62,112 nt of DNA. It comes from Candidatus Omnitrophota bacterium. GTDB lineage: Bacteria; Omnitrophota; Gorgyraeia; Duberdicusellales; 4484-171. The DNA lies in contig JAIPGM010000010.1 in assembly GCA_021735655.1 (NCBI GenBank), positions 1 to 62,112 of the forward strand, read 5' to 3'. Position 1 is the first letter of the stretch. Each line of letters starts with the position of its first letter. Under the pieces are notes generated by a model. It was given only the letters and a program-made list of their open reading frames with translations. It did not search any database and was not told the origin of the DNA. Shown here one piece after another: positions 47,717-56,687 of this stretch. A program made the position numbers and the translations under genes.

Positions 47717-48883
47717 ATGTCAAAAACTAAAGCAATAAAAGGTGTTAATCTAGGTAGCTGGCTTCTTATGGAAGGTTACATCCTCGGTGGTCGAAATATT
47801 GCTGAACATATTTTTAAGAGAAAGTTTCAAAACATATATGGTCAAAAAGAACTTAGGAAATTCGAAGTTTGCTTTAGAGATAATTTTATAACTCAAGGAG
47901 ATTTTAAGAATATCTCTGATATTGGGGCTAGGGTTGTTCGGCTACCCTTTAACTATCGCTTGATAGAGTCAAAACCATATTGCTATTGTGAGCGTGGCTT
48001 TGCTTATTTAGAAAGAGCATTTTCTTGGGCCAAAAAATACGGTTTAGGGATAATCCTAGATCTTCACGCTGCCCCTGGTGCTCAGAATTGCGATTGGCAT
48101 GGTGATAGTGCCGGTCAGGCTTTGCTTTGGGATAAGAAGCAATATCGCCAGAGAACTTTTTGCCTTTGGGAAGCCATAGCAGATAGATTTAAGGATGATA
48201 AGTCTCTGATTGGGTACGATGTTTTGAATGAACCGGTGTTAGGAAAAAGGAGCAACCAGGTTCTTAAAGAGTTTTATCGGGGAGTTATAAAACATATCCG
48301 AAGAGTTGACAAAAAGCACACGATATATTTAGAGGGTAATAATTGGGCACAGGAAGTTAATTTTTTGGTTGATTTAATAGATGCTAACACGGCAATTAGT
48401 ATTCACACCTATCATCCATTAAGTTACACGTTTAATTTTGAGCCTTTTAATAAGTTTCCGGGAAAGATAGACGGGCAGCTGTGGAATAAAGATAGAATGT
48501 ATAGATATTTAGAGCCTTACTATAAGTTTTCGTTAAAAAATAAGGTTAAAATTTTTGTAGGAGAGTTTGGGATTAACTGGCGGGGAGGTTTTTTTGGGGA
48601 ACGAGAGTGGCTCAAGGTCATTTTGGGTGTTTTTGAAAGTTTTGGTTTCGAGTATACTTACTGGACTTATAAGGCAGTTTCTCAAGCAGCATTTCCTGAT
48701 GGGATTTATCAATATGTTAATAATTCTCCATATCTTCAGAGGGAGGGCCCTGAGTATGGCTGGGAAACCTATCTAAGGCATTGGGGAAAAAATAAAAAAG
48801 ATGTTATTAATTTCTGGAAAACAAAAAATTATCGGCCCAACGAAAATATTATAAAAATACTAAAAACCTATTTTAAAAAATGA
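47717..48883 (+). CDS. Glycoside hydrolase family 5 (cellulase-like) protein, apparently cytoplasmic
   Basis: GVNLGSWLLMEGY, RLPFNY, DLHAAPG and NEP (catalytic acid) motifs typical of GH5. No signal peptide seen. Confidence 0.65.
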   Translation: MSKTKAIKGVNLGSWLLMEGYILGGRNIAEHIFKRKFQNIYGQKELRKFEVCFRDNFITQGDFKNISDIGARVVRLPFNYRLIESKPYCYCERGFAYLERAFSWAKKYGLGIILDLHAAPGAQNCDWHGDSAGQALLWDKKQYRQRTFCLWEAIADRFKDDKSLIGYDVLNEPVLGKRSNQVLKEFYRGVIKHIRRVDKKHTIYLEGNNWAQEVNFLVDLIDANTAISIHTYHPLSYTFNFEPFNKFPGKIDGQLWNKDRMYRYLEPYYKFSLKNKVKIFVGEFGINWRGGFFGEREWLKVILGVFESFGFEYTYWTYKAVSQAAFPDGIYQYVNNSPYLQREGPEYGWETYLRHWGKNKKDVINFWKTKNYRPNENIIKILKTYFKK

Positions 48884-49509
48884 TAGTACCAGCATTACTT
48901 ACTGATCAGAAAGATAAGCTTATTGAGATGACTGAGATTTGTTCTGAGTTTACTGATTATGTTCAAGTTGATATCATGGATGGAGTATTTGTTCCTTCCA
49001 GGAGTATAACTATTAAAGATTTAAAAGGAGTAAAATTCCCAGTTAGGTCCGAGGCCCATCTTATGGTTTCTGATCCTTTAGCTTGGTTGGACGTTTTTCG
49101 GAAAATCGGTGCCGAAAAAATTATTTACCATTTTGAAATTGGTGGAGATCAGCAAGCTTTAATTTCCAAAATTAAAGAAGAGGGTTTTAAAGTAGGGGTT
49201 GCGCTTAATCCACCAACAAATATAGATGAACTTAAACCGATATTATCTGATATTGATTCAGTTCTTTTTATGTCGGTCAATCCCGGATTTTATGGAGCTA
49301 ATTTTATTCCTGAAGTTTTGGAAAAAGTAAAAAGTTTCAAGTCTGCTAATCAGAATATTAAAATCGGAATTGACGGAGGCATCAAATTATCCAATGTTAA
49401 GGCGGCCAAAGAGGCTGGTGTTGACGATATCTGTGTGGGAAGTGCAATTTTAAAGAGTGATTTTCCTAAAAAAGCATATGAGGAGTTTGTTAACGTAGCT
49501 TATGGCTAA
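48880..49509 (+). CDS. rpe: Ribulose-phosphate 3-epimerase family protein
   Basis: IVPALLTDQ...VQVDIMDGVFVP and the HLMV motif resemble Rpe. This is a divergent member. Confidence 0.6.
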   Translation: MIVPALLTDQKDKLIEMTEICSEFTDYVQVDIMDGVFVPSRSITIKDLKGVKFPVRSEAHLMVSDPLAWLDVFRKIGAEKIIYHFEIGGDQQALISKIKEEGFKVGVALNPPTNIDELKPILSDIDSVLFMSVNPGFYGANFIPEVLEKVKSFKSANQNIKIGIDGGIKLSNVKAAKEAGVDDICVGSAILKSDFPKKAYEEFVNVAYG

Positions 49510-50299
49510 AATTTTACGAATTTTTATTTTTATTGTTTTAATTATTATCCCAATAGTCTTTTATAGTTCTTTAAATAAAAGTGGGGATCACTCCAAGTCT
49601 TTACTTGATTTAGGCAAAGATCAACCGTCACTCAAACCGTCAATAGCATTAATTTTTGACGATTTAGGCGGTAGCTTAACTGAGTTACGGGAAATATATT
49701 CTTTAGATATTCCACTTACGGTTTCGATTATACCCAATTTGAAGTTTTCAAAAAATATCGCCCATATCGCATCGCGTTGCGGGTTTAGTGTTTTTATCCA
49801 TTTGCCAATGGAGCCAAAAAAAAGTGAGAATTATAGAACCGACCAATATCGGTTTATTAGCGGTAGCTTGAGCCAACGTGAAAATAAATCTTTGTTGCGT
49901 AATTATCTGAACTCGATAAGAATTGCGATTGGAGTTAACAATCACATGGGCTCAATGGCTACTGAGGATAGGGAGTTAATGAGTATTTTTGTGCAGGCAG
50001 TAAAGAACAAGGGGTTGATTTTTGTTGATAGTCGTACTTCGCTAGATTCAGTTGCCTACGAAATAGCTCATCGTGTCGGTTTGCCTTGTGGTTATAACGA
50101 AGGTTTCCTAGACGCTGTTAACGATTTGGATCATATGCAGAAGCAAATAGATCAATTGTTAAAAAAAGCTAAAGAAAAGGGAAAAATAATCATCATTGCT
50201 CATCCGCGAGCAGGCACAATAGAATTTCTTAAGCAAAGGGTAGCGGCGCTAAAGGAAGAAGTAGATTTTATTACCATAAAAGAATATTTTAAGCCTTAG
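49502..50299 (+). CDS. Divergent polysaccharide deacetylase (YibQ-like)
   Basis: TM anchor, then IALIFDDLGGS...TVSIIPN...NHMGS motifs of the YibQ/PF04748 family. Confidence 0.65.
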   Translation: MAKILRIFIFIVLIIIPIVFYSSLNKSGDHSKSLLDLGKDQPSLKPSIALIFDDLGGSLTELREIYSLDIPLTVSIIPNLKFSKNIAHIASRCGFSVFIHLPMEPKKSENYRTDQYRFISGSLSQRENKSLLRNYLNSIRIAIGVNNHMGSMATEDRELMSIFVQAVKNKGLIFVDSRTSLDSVAYEIAHRVGLPCGYNEGFLDAVNDLDHMQKQIDQLLKKAKEKGKIIIIAHPRAGTIEFLKQRVAALKEEVDFITIKEYFKP

Positions 50300-50308
50300 A
50301 CTTAATAA

Positions 50309-50857
50309 ATGAAGAAGGTCTTATTGCACATTTGTTGTGGCGTTTGCGCTCTTTATTGCTTCGAGAGGTTGCGCAAAGATGGTTTTTCGGTAGAAGGTTT
50401 CTTTTTTAATCCTAATATCCACCCTTATTTTGAATATCTAAAGCGTCGACGGGCTGCTGAAATTGCAGCTGAAAACTCCGGTATTTTAATGCAGGAAGGA
50501 AATTATCGCATTTTTGATTGGTTCAAAATTCATAAACCTTACCATGAAGACGTTGAGGGCGGTCTCAGGTGTGAGTCTTGCTATCGAATGCGCCTAGAGA
50601 AAACAATGGCTTTATGCTGTGATAAAAATTACGATTACTTTACGACAACTTTAACAATTAGTCCGCATAAAAAGAGTAGTGTTGTTTTTAAGGTTGGTAG
50701 TGATATCGGTAAGGATAAATTTTTAGCTATTGATTTTAAGAAAAAAGATGGTTTTAAGAGAACTATTGGTCAGGCTAAAAAATTAGGTATTTATCGACAA
50801 GGCTACTGCGGGTGTGTATACAGTAAGAATGAAAGAGAGATTCCACTCATTCAATAG
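50309..50857 (+). CDS. queH: Epoxyqueuosine reductase QueH (DUF208)
   Basis: LLHICCGVCALYCFERLRKDGFSVEGFFFNPNIHPYFEY matches the QueH N-terminal Cys cluster (CCxxC). Confidence 0.75.
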   Translation: MKKVLLHICCGVCALYCFERLRKDGFSVEGFFFNPNIHPYFEYLKRRRAAEIAAENSGILMQEGNYRIFDWFKIHKPYHEDVEGGLRCESCYRMRLEKTMALCCDKNYDYFTTTLTISPHKKSSVVFKVGSDIGKDKFLAIDFKKKDGFKRTIGQAKKLGIYRQGYCGCVYSKNEREIPLIQ

Positions 50858-51749
50858 CTATCTGCAAAATATTTTTGGTGAACGAGTTCAGCGGATAAGC
50901 CTCGACGCTGGTTTTGGATGCCCTAATATTGATGGGACCCTAAGTACCCAGGGCTGTATTTATTGCAACAATAAGGGGTTTTCTAAATTTGCTCGCAGTA
51001 ATTTACCTTTAGAAGACCAAATAGCAAATTCTGTTGAGTTTTATAAAAAGCGTTTAGGAGCAAATAAATTTATTGCTTATTTTCAATCTTTCACCAATAC
51101 TTATGCTGATCAAGAAACGTTAAGTAAGCGATATGATCTTATAAGGAAATTTCCTCAGATAGTCGGTTTGTTTATTTCTACTCGTCCTGATTGTGTTAAT
51201 GAAGAGAAAATGAAGCTCATCGCTAGCTACAAGAAGGATTATTTGGTCTGGGTCGAATATGGGCTGCAGACTACGCAAGAGCCTATTCTACGGTTAATAA
51301 ATCGCAATCACAGCTATGAAGATTTTCTCGGCGCTTATAAGTTAGCCAGAGATTATGAAATTAATGTCGGTGTACATCTAATAATGGGTTTACCGACATC
51401 TAGTTATGAAAATGTGATTGAAGACGCAAACCGTCTTGCTAAGTTGGATATTCAAGGAATAAAATTTCACATTTTTCATCTTTTACGGGGAACTCAACTA
51501 GAGCTACTACACAAAAAAAATAACTTTAATTTTTTAACTCAAGATGAATATGTAAAAAATATTTGTGACTTTTTAGAATTAATGCCGACCTCTTTAGTAG
51601 TTTTAAGGCTTATTTCTAATGCTCATCCTGATTATTTGATTGCTCCTTCTTGGATTAATAATAAACATGCTGTGATAGAGCAGATAAGAAAAGAATTAGA
51701 AAATAGGGGGACTAGGCAAGGCTATCGTTATGAAAGTGTTTGTAGCTAG
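50832..51749 (+). CDS. TIGR01212-family radical SAM protein (YhcC-like)
   Basis: ISLDAGFGCPNIDGTLSTQGCIYCN matches the TIGR01212 Cys motif. Start set at M7 (MKERFHSFNSYLQNIFGE). Overlaps the queH end. Confidence 0.7.
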   Translation, partial: KERFHSFNSYLQNIFGERVQRISLDAGFGCPNIDGTLSTQGCIYCNNKGFSKFARSNLPLEDQIANSVEFYKKRLGANKFIAYFQSFTNTYADQETLSKRYDLIRKFPQIVGLFISTRPDCVNEEKMKLIASYKKDYLVWVEYGLQTTQEPILRLINRNHSYEDFLGAYKLARDYEINVGVHLIMGLPTSSYENVIEDANRLAKLDIQGIKFHIFHLLRGTQLELLHKKNNFNFLTQDEYVKNICDFLELMPTSLVVLRLISNAHPDYLIAPSWINNKHAVIEQIRKELENRGTRQGYRYESVCS

Positions 51750-52173
51750 AGTTACTGAAGGTAAAATCGTTGTTGCCGATGAGCCGATTGGTTCAATTTT
51801 AAAAGGTATTTCTGTTTTTGTAGGCTTTGAGAATGGTGACACTGAAGAAAACTTATCGGCAATGGCTGAAAAAGTTGTTAATTTGCGCATTTTTGAGGAT
51901 AATCAGGGTAAGTTAGCCTATTCAGCTAAAGATAAGGGCTATGCAATATTAGCGATACCTAACTTTACCCTTTGTGCCAGCGCTGACAAGGGTCGTCGGC
52001 CTTCTTTTGATAATTCGATGCCTTATCAATTAGCTGAAAAGTTTTTCGATGATTTTGTTTTAGTTCTCAAAACTTATGGTTTAGAGGTTGAAGAAGGAGT
52101 TTTCGGCGCTCATATGAATATAAATTTAGGGCTGGACGGACCAGTGAATATAGTGCTTGATAGTAAAAAATAA
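51730..52173 (+). CDS. dtd: D-aminoacyl-tRNA deacylase
   Basis: MKVFVARVTEGKIVV...NFTL...GRRPSF...NDGPV mirrors E. coli Dtd (SQFTL, GMRPSF, NDGPVT). Confidence 0.85.
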   Translation: MKVFVARVTEGKIVVADEPIGSILKGISVFVGFENGDTEENLSAMAEKVVNLRIFEDNQGKLAYSAKDKGYAILAIPNFTLCASADKGRRPSFDNSMPYQLAEKFFDDFVLVLKTYGLEVEEGVFGAHMNINLGLDGPVNIVLDSKK

Positions 52174-52178
52174 AATAT

Positions 52179-52922
52179 ATGTTTCCAATCCTTTTTAAAA
52201 TTGGCCCACTAACGATATATACTTACGGTTTTTTTGTTTTTCTCGGTGTGCTTTGTGGATATTTTGCTTGCAGCTCCCAGGCCAAAAAAGAGGGCATTGC
52301 TAAGGACGAGTTTAGTGATATTTTCTTTTGGGTAATTGTTTTTAGTTTTTTAGGAGCAAAATTGCTTTATCTCTTAATTGAATGGCGATATTTTTTAAAA
52401 AATCCTTTAGCACTCATTCGAAGTGGATTTATTTTTTACGGTGGGATCATTGCTGGTTTAGCGACAGTTTATTTTTTAGCGAAAAGATATAAAATAAAGT
52501 TTTTAAAATTAATTGATTCTATAGTAATTGGCATTCCTTTAGCTCATGCCCTGGGGCGGTTAGGATGCTTTTTTTACGGTTGTTGCTATGGAAAGCCGAC
52601 TAAGCTTTGGTGCGGAATATCGTTTCCTAAAGAGTCTCCGGCTGGTTTAAGTGGTTTAAAAGTTATCCCTATACAATTAGTTTCAGTTGTTTCGCTAGTT
52701 ATTATTTTTTTAATTCTTTTGCGAATTGCAAAAAAGAAAAGATTTTCCGGAGAGATATTTTTATCCTATGGTTTTATTTATGGGATTTTTCGTTTTGTTG
52801 TCGAGTTTTTTCGTGGAGATCCGCGCGGTGAGATTATTTTTCTCTCAACTTCGCAGTTGATTTCTCTTTTAGTGATATCGCTGAGTGGTTTCTTGTTTTA
52901 TCGTTGGCGGCGGAATTATTGA
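52179..52922 (+). CDS. lgt: Prolipoprotein diacylglyceryl transferase
   Basis: IGPLTIYTYGFFVFLGVL N-terminus and the Lgt signature GRLGCFFYGCCYGKPT. Confidence 0.85.
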   Translation: MFPILFKIGPLTIYTYGFFVFLGVLCGYFACSSQAKKEGIAKDEFSDIFFWVIVFSFLGAKLLYLLIEWRYFLKNPLALIRSGFIFYGGIIAGLATVYFLAKRYKIKFLKLIDSIVIGIPLAHALGRLGCFFYGCCYGKPTKLWCGISFPKESPAGLSGLKVIPIQLVSVVSLVIIFLILLRIAKKKRFSGEIFLSYGFIYGIFRFVVEFFRGDPRGEIIFLSTSQLISLLVISLSGFLFYRWRRNY

Positions 52923-52952
52923 TTAGTAAATAAAAGAAGGTATAATAAGCCT

Positions 52953-54557
52953 ATGCTTAAAGTAGTTTTAGCCCAAATTAACCCTACGGTGGGGGCCTTA
53001 GCCGAAAATTGCGCAAAAATAATCAGCTATATAAAACGGGCAAGAGCCAAAGGTGCTGATATCGTTGTTTTTCCGGAATTATCCCTGATTGGCTACCCCC
53101 CGGAAGATTTATTACGAAAAAACCATTTTATTTCAAAAAGCAAACAGTTTTTGAGTTCAATCGTAAGGAACTCGCGAGGGTTGATAGCAGTTATTGGGTT
53201 TGTCGATCAAGAGGGGTTAAATCTTTATAATGCCTCAGCCTTAATCCAGGATGGCAAGATTTGTGACGTCTACCGTAAGGTTATCCTTCCTAATTATGGT
53301 GTATTTGATGAAAAAAGGCATTTTAGTCCCGGAACTGCCTTGTCTGTATATAATTTCGGCAACTATAAGTTTAGTGTAACTATATGTGAAGATATTTGGC
53401 AGAAGGAGACTGTTAGTTTATTAGAAAACTGTGATTTAGATTTTGTTATTAATATTTCTGCTTCACCGTTTAATTTAGGCAAGATGTCTCAGCGAGAAAA
53501 GGTTTTAGCACAGGCTGCCCGGCGCTTAAAGAGTTTTATATTTTATGCTAATTTAATCGGAGGCCAAGATGAGATTGTATTTGATGGCACAAGTAAGGTT
53601 ATATCCCCGCAGGGCAAACTAATAGCTTGTGCAAAAAGATTTCAAGAGGACTTGTTGGTCTTTAATCTTAACCGTAAGAAAAACTATCCAACCAAAAAAA
53701 TCAAGGAAGAAGCTGCGGTGGAGGCGTTCTCGGCCTTAAAGCTTGGTCTTTATGATTATGTTAATAAGAATGGTTTTAAGAAAGTTGTTGTTGGGGTAAG
53801 TGGCGGAATTGACTCAGCAGTGGTGGTTAGTTTAGCGGTGATAGCCTTGGGTAAAGATAATGTTTCAGCATTGCTTATGCCTTCGGTTTTTACCTCAGAT
53901 GCTACTTATCGTGATGCTAAAAAAATATGCGAAAGTTTAGGAATTAAATACTATATTGTCAAAATTAATGACATTCTAAATGCTTACTTTAAGGATCTTT
54001 CAGCTCACTTTAAAGGGAAAAAGCCGGACATTACCGAGGAGAACCTTCAGGCCAGGATTCGTGGTAATATTTTAATGGCCTTTTCGAATAAGTTTGATTA
54101 TCTTGTTCTCAATACTGGGAATAAGAGTGAAGTTTCTTGTGGTTATTGCACTCTTTATGGAGATATGGTTGGAGGATTTGGTGTTTTGAAGGATGTGCCA
54201 AAACTTTTAGTTTATAAATTGGCGCAACAAATTAATAAAATTAGTTCAAAAAAAGTTATTCCAGATTCGGTAATCAAGAGACCACCCTCGGCTGAGCTTA
54301 AAAGCAATCAAAAAGATACTGACAGCCTTCCCGATTATAAATTACTTGATGCGATATTAAAGTTTTATGTTGAGGATGATTTATCTTTGGAAGAAATAGT
54401 TGCTAAAGGCTACAACAAGGCTGTGGTCCGGCGAGTTATTACTATGGTTGATTCGAATGAATATAAGCGGCGTCAGGCTCCGGTAGGCATAAAGATTACC
54501 CCGCGGGCTCTTGGTAAAGATCGACGTATGCCAATTACTAATAAGTTTTCTCAATAA
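52953..54557 (+). CDS. nadE: Glutamine-dependent NAD+ synthetase (N-terminal nitrilase-like glutaminase + C-terminal synthetase)
   Basis: CN-hydrolase domain (FPELSLIGYPPEDL; TICEDIW catalytic Cys) followed by the PP-loop SGGIDSAVV. Confidence 0.9.
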   Translation: MLKVVLAQINPTVGALAENCAKIISYIKRARAKGADIVVFPELSLIGYPPEDLLRKNHFISKSKQFLSSIVRNSRGLIAVIGFVDQEGLNLYNASALIQDGKICDVYRKVILPNYGVFDEKRHFSPGTALSVYNFGNYKFSVTICEDIWQKETVSLLENCDLDFVINISASPFNLGKMSQREKVLAQAARRLKSFIFYANLIGGQDEIVFDGTSKVISPQGKLIACAKRFQEDLLVFNLNRKKNYPTKKIKEEAAVEAFSALKLGLYDYVNKNGFKKVVVGVSGGIDSAVVVSLAVIALGKDNVSALLMPSVFTSDATYRDAKKICESLGIKYYIVKINDILNAYFKDLSAHFKGKKPDITEENLQARIRGNILMAFSNKFDYLVLNTGNKSEVSCGYCTLYGDMVGGFGVLKDVPKLLVYKLAQQINKISSKKVIPDSVIKRPPSAELKSNQKDTDSLPDYKLLDAILKFYVEDDLSLEEIVAKGYNKAVVRRVITMVDSNEYKRRQAPVGIKITPRALGKDRRMPITNKFSQ

Positions 54558-54558
54558 A

Positions 54559-54993
54559 ATGGTAGTTGCTTTTATTGGAATTGGTTCAAATTTAGGCAAT
54601 CGGGCCAAGAATATAAATAGCGCTTTGGATAATTTGGGCTCAGTTTCAGGAGTTAGGGTTGTAGCGATGTCGTCAGTTAGCGAAACTCAGCCCCAGAAAG
54701 CTTGTGGGCCTAATTATTTCAATGCAGTAGCAAAGATAGAAACTGACTTAGAGCCTCAGGTGCTTCTAGGCGTTTTATTGAAAATCGAGCAGCTTTTAGG
54801 ACGTCAACGGCCGTTTAAGAATGCTCCTCGGACGATTGATTTAGATATTCTTTTGTATGGTAACAGAATAGTGGACAGTCCAGAACTTATCATTCCTCAT
54901 CCAAGAATGTTGGAGCGGGATTTTGTTTTAAATCCACTTTTGGAAATCGAACCAAAGTTTAGAGAAAAATTTAAAGATGTTTGTAAGCGGTGA
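54559..54993 (+). CDS. folK: 2-amino-4-hydroxy-6-hydroxymethyldihydropteridine pyrophosphokinase
   Basis: Start set at the ATG at 54559 (MVVAFIGIGSNLGN). RTIDLDILLYG motif of HPPK. Confidence 0.8.
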   Translation: MVVAFIGIGSNLGNRAKNINSALDNLGSVSGVRVVAMSSVSETQPQKACGPNYFNAVAKIETDLEPQVLLGVLLKIEQLLGRQRPFKNAPRTIDLDILLYGNRIVDSPELIIPHPRMLERDFVLNPLLEIEPKFREKFKDVCKR

Positions 54994-55828
54994 TATAAAA
55001 AAAGTACGTAAAGCGCTAAATTTAGCCAAAACAAAAAAAAGAACTGTAGGGTTTGTGCCTACTATGGGTGCATTACATGCTGGACATATGTCTTTAGTCA
55101 AGGCTGCCCGAAATCAGTGTGAATTCTTAGTAGTGAGTCTTTTTGTTAATCCAATTCAGTTTTCTCCTAGTGGAGATGATTTTAGGGAGTATCCTCGTAA
55201 TTTCAGGGGCGATAAAAAGTTACTTCAGGCCCAAGGGGTAGATTTAGTTTTTAATCCTTCAATCAAAACTATTTATCCGGATGGTTTTTCTACGGTCGTC
55301 GAAGAGCACGACTTAAGTAATAATCTTTGTGGGCTTTCGCGTCCAGGTCATTTTAAGGGAGTTTGTACGGTGATTTCTAAGTTGCTTAATGTTGTCCAAC
55401 CAGATATAATGTATTTAGGCCGAAAAGATTATCAGCAAGCTCAGATTATTCGGCGGCTGATTCGAGATTTAAATTTCTCAACCAAAGTTAAAGTATTATC
55501 GATTATCAGAGATAAGGACGGACTAGCCTTAAGCTCAAGAAATCGACTCCTAACCTTTAAAGAACGAAAGGATGCGGTAGTGCTTTATCGAGCTCTCAAG
55601 CTTGCTAAGAAGAAGATTGTTGAAGGCCAAAGAAATTCAGCTCAAGTGACTCAGAGTATAAGAAAATTAATTGCTTCAGTAAGATCAGCCAAGATAGATT
55701 ATGTCGAGATAGTTGAGACTAAAAGTTTAAAGCGAGTCAATAAGATTAGAGGCAGAATTCTAATTGCTTTAGCAGTGTATATTGGAAGGACTCGTTTGAT
55801 CGATAATATTATTTTAGATGTTAAATAA
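54977..55828 (+). CDS. panC: Pantoate--beta-alanine ligase
   Basis: VGFVPTMGALHAGHMSLV (HIGH-like motif) and the rest of the PanC fold. Confidence 0.9.
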   Translation: MFVSGDIKKVRKALNLAKTKKRTVGFVPTMGALHAGHMSLVKAARNQCEFLVVSLFVNPIQFSPSGDDFREYPRNFRGDKKLLQAQGVDLVFNPSIKTIYPDGFSTVVEEHDLSNNLCGLSRPGHFKGVCTVISKLLNVVQPDIMYLGRKDYQQAQIIRRLIRDLNFSTKVKVLSIIRDKDGLALSSRNRLLTFKERKDAVVLYRALKLAKKKIVEGQRNSAQVTQSIRKLIASVRSAKIDYVEIVETKSLKRVNKIRGRILIALAVYIGRTRLIDNIILDVK

Positions 55829-56636
55829 AAAAAAGGTAAAAATCGGTATTGTTGGTTGCGGGGCTATTGGCGAAGGCGTCGCTTTATTTATCAACAAAAC
55901 TTTAAAGCACCAAGCTAAACTTTCAGCCTTAGCTGATATGGACGAGCTTAAAGCAAAAAAACTAAGTAAAAAGTTACGACCTAACCCACAAGTTTGTGAT
56001 ATTGACAATTTGATTAAAAAAGTTGATTTGATTATTGAAGCGGCCTCAGTGGATGGTGCTCGGTTGGTACTATCTAAGGCTTTGAAATATAAAAAAGATG
56101 TAGTAATTTTAAGCGTCGGTGCTTTGATTAAAGATTTTTCTCTACTGCAGAAGATTAAGCGGGCAAAAATTAATATTTATCTTTCATCTGGTGCTATTTC
56201 TGGCGTCGATGGCTTGGGGGCATTGAGCCTAGCAAAAATAAAAAAGGTAACACTTACAACATCTAAGCCTCCGAAGGGTCTTATTGGAGCGGATTACTTA
56301 AAGGATAGAAATATTAATCTAAAGAAGCTAAAGAAGGAAAAAGTGATCTTTAGAGGTAATGTTCGTCAAGCAATTAAACATTTTCCGAAGAACATAAATG
56401 TTGCCGCTACGATACTTATTTCAACTGCTTTTAAAAATGTTGAGGTCTGCATAAAGGCCGATCCAAAATTGAAGCGTAACATTCACTGCATAAGAGTGGA
56501 GGCTGAGGAAGGAAACCTAGATATGAGCATTCAAAATGCCCCTTCAAAAATAAATCCAAAAACTAGCGCTTTAGCGATTCTTTCCACACAGTACCTTCTT
56601 AAGAAACTTTTTTCTCCTTTCAAAATAGGAAGCTAA
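55818..56636 (+). CDS. nadX: L-aspartate dehydrogenase
   Basis: KIGIVGCGAIG Rossmann motif and a length of about 270 aa are consistent with the NadX (DUF108) family. Adjacent to NAD and pantothenate genes. Confidence 0.65.
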   Translation: MLNKKKVKIGIVGCGAIGEGVALFINKTLKHQAKLSALADMDELKAKKLSKKLRPNPQVCDIDNLIKKVDLIIEAASVDGARLVLSKALKYKKDVVILSVGALIKDFSLLQKIKRAKINIYLSSGAISGVDGLGALSLAKIKKVTLTTSKPPKGLIGADYLKDRNINLKKLKKEKVIFRGNVRQAIKHFPKNINVAATILISTAFKNVEVCIKADPKLKRNIHCIRVEAEEGNLDMSIQNAPSKINPKTSALAILSTQYLLKKLFSPFKIGS

Positions 56637-56687
56637 AAAATAATAAGATTCACTAGTAGTGATCTAAATTAAGGTCAGGTAGATATT

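Noticed and set aside
48567-48776. 69 aa + strand ORF inside the GH5 gene in another frame
   Set aside because: Internal alternative frame of a well-supported longer gene.
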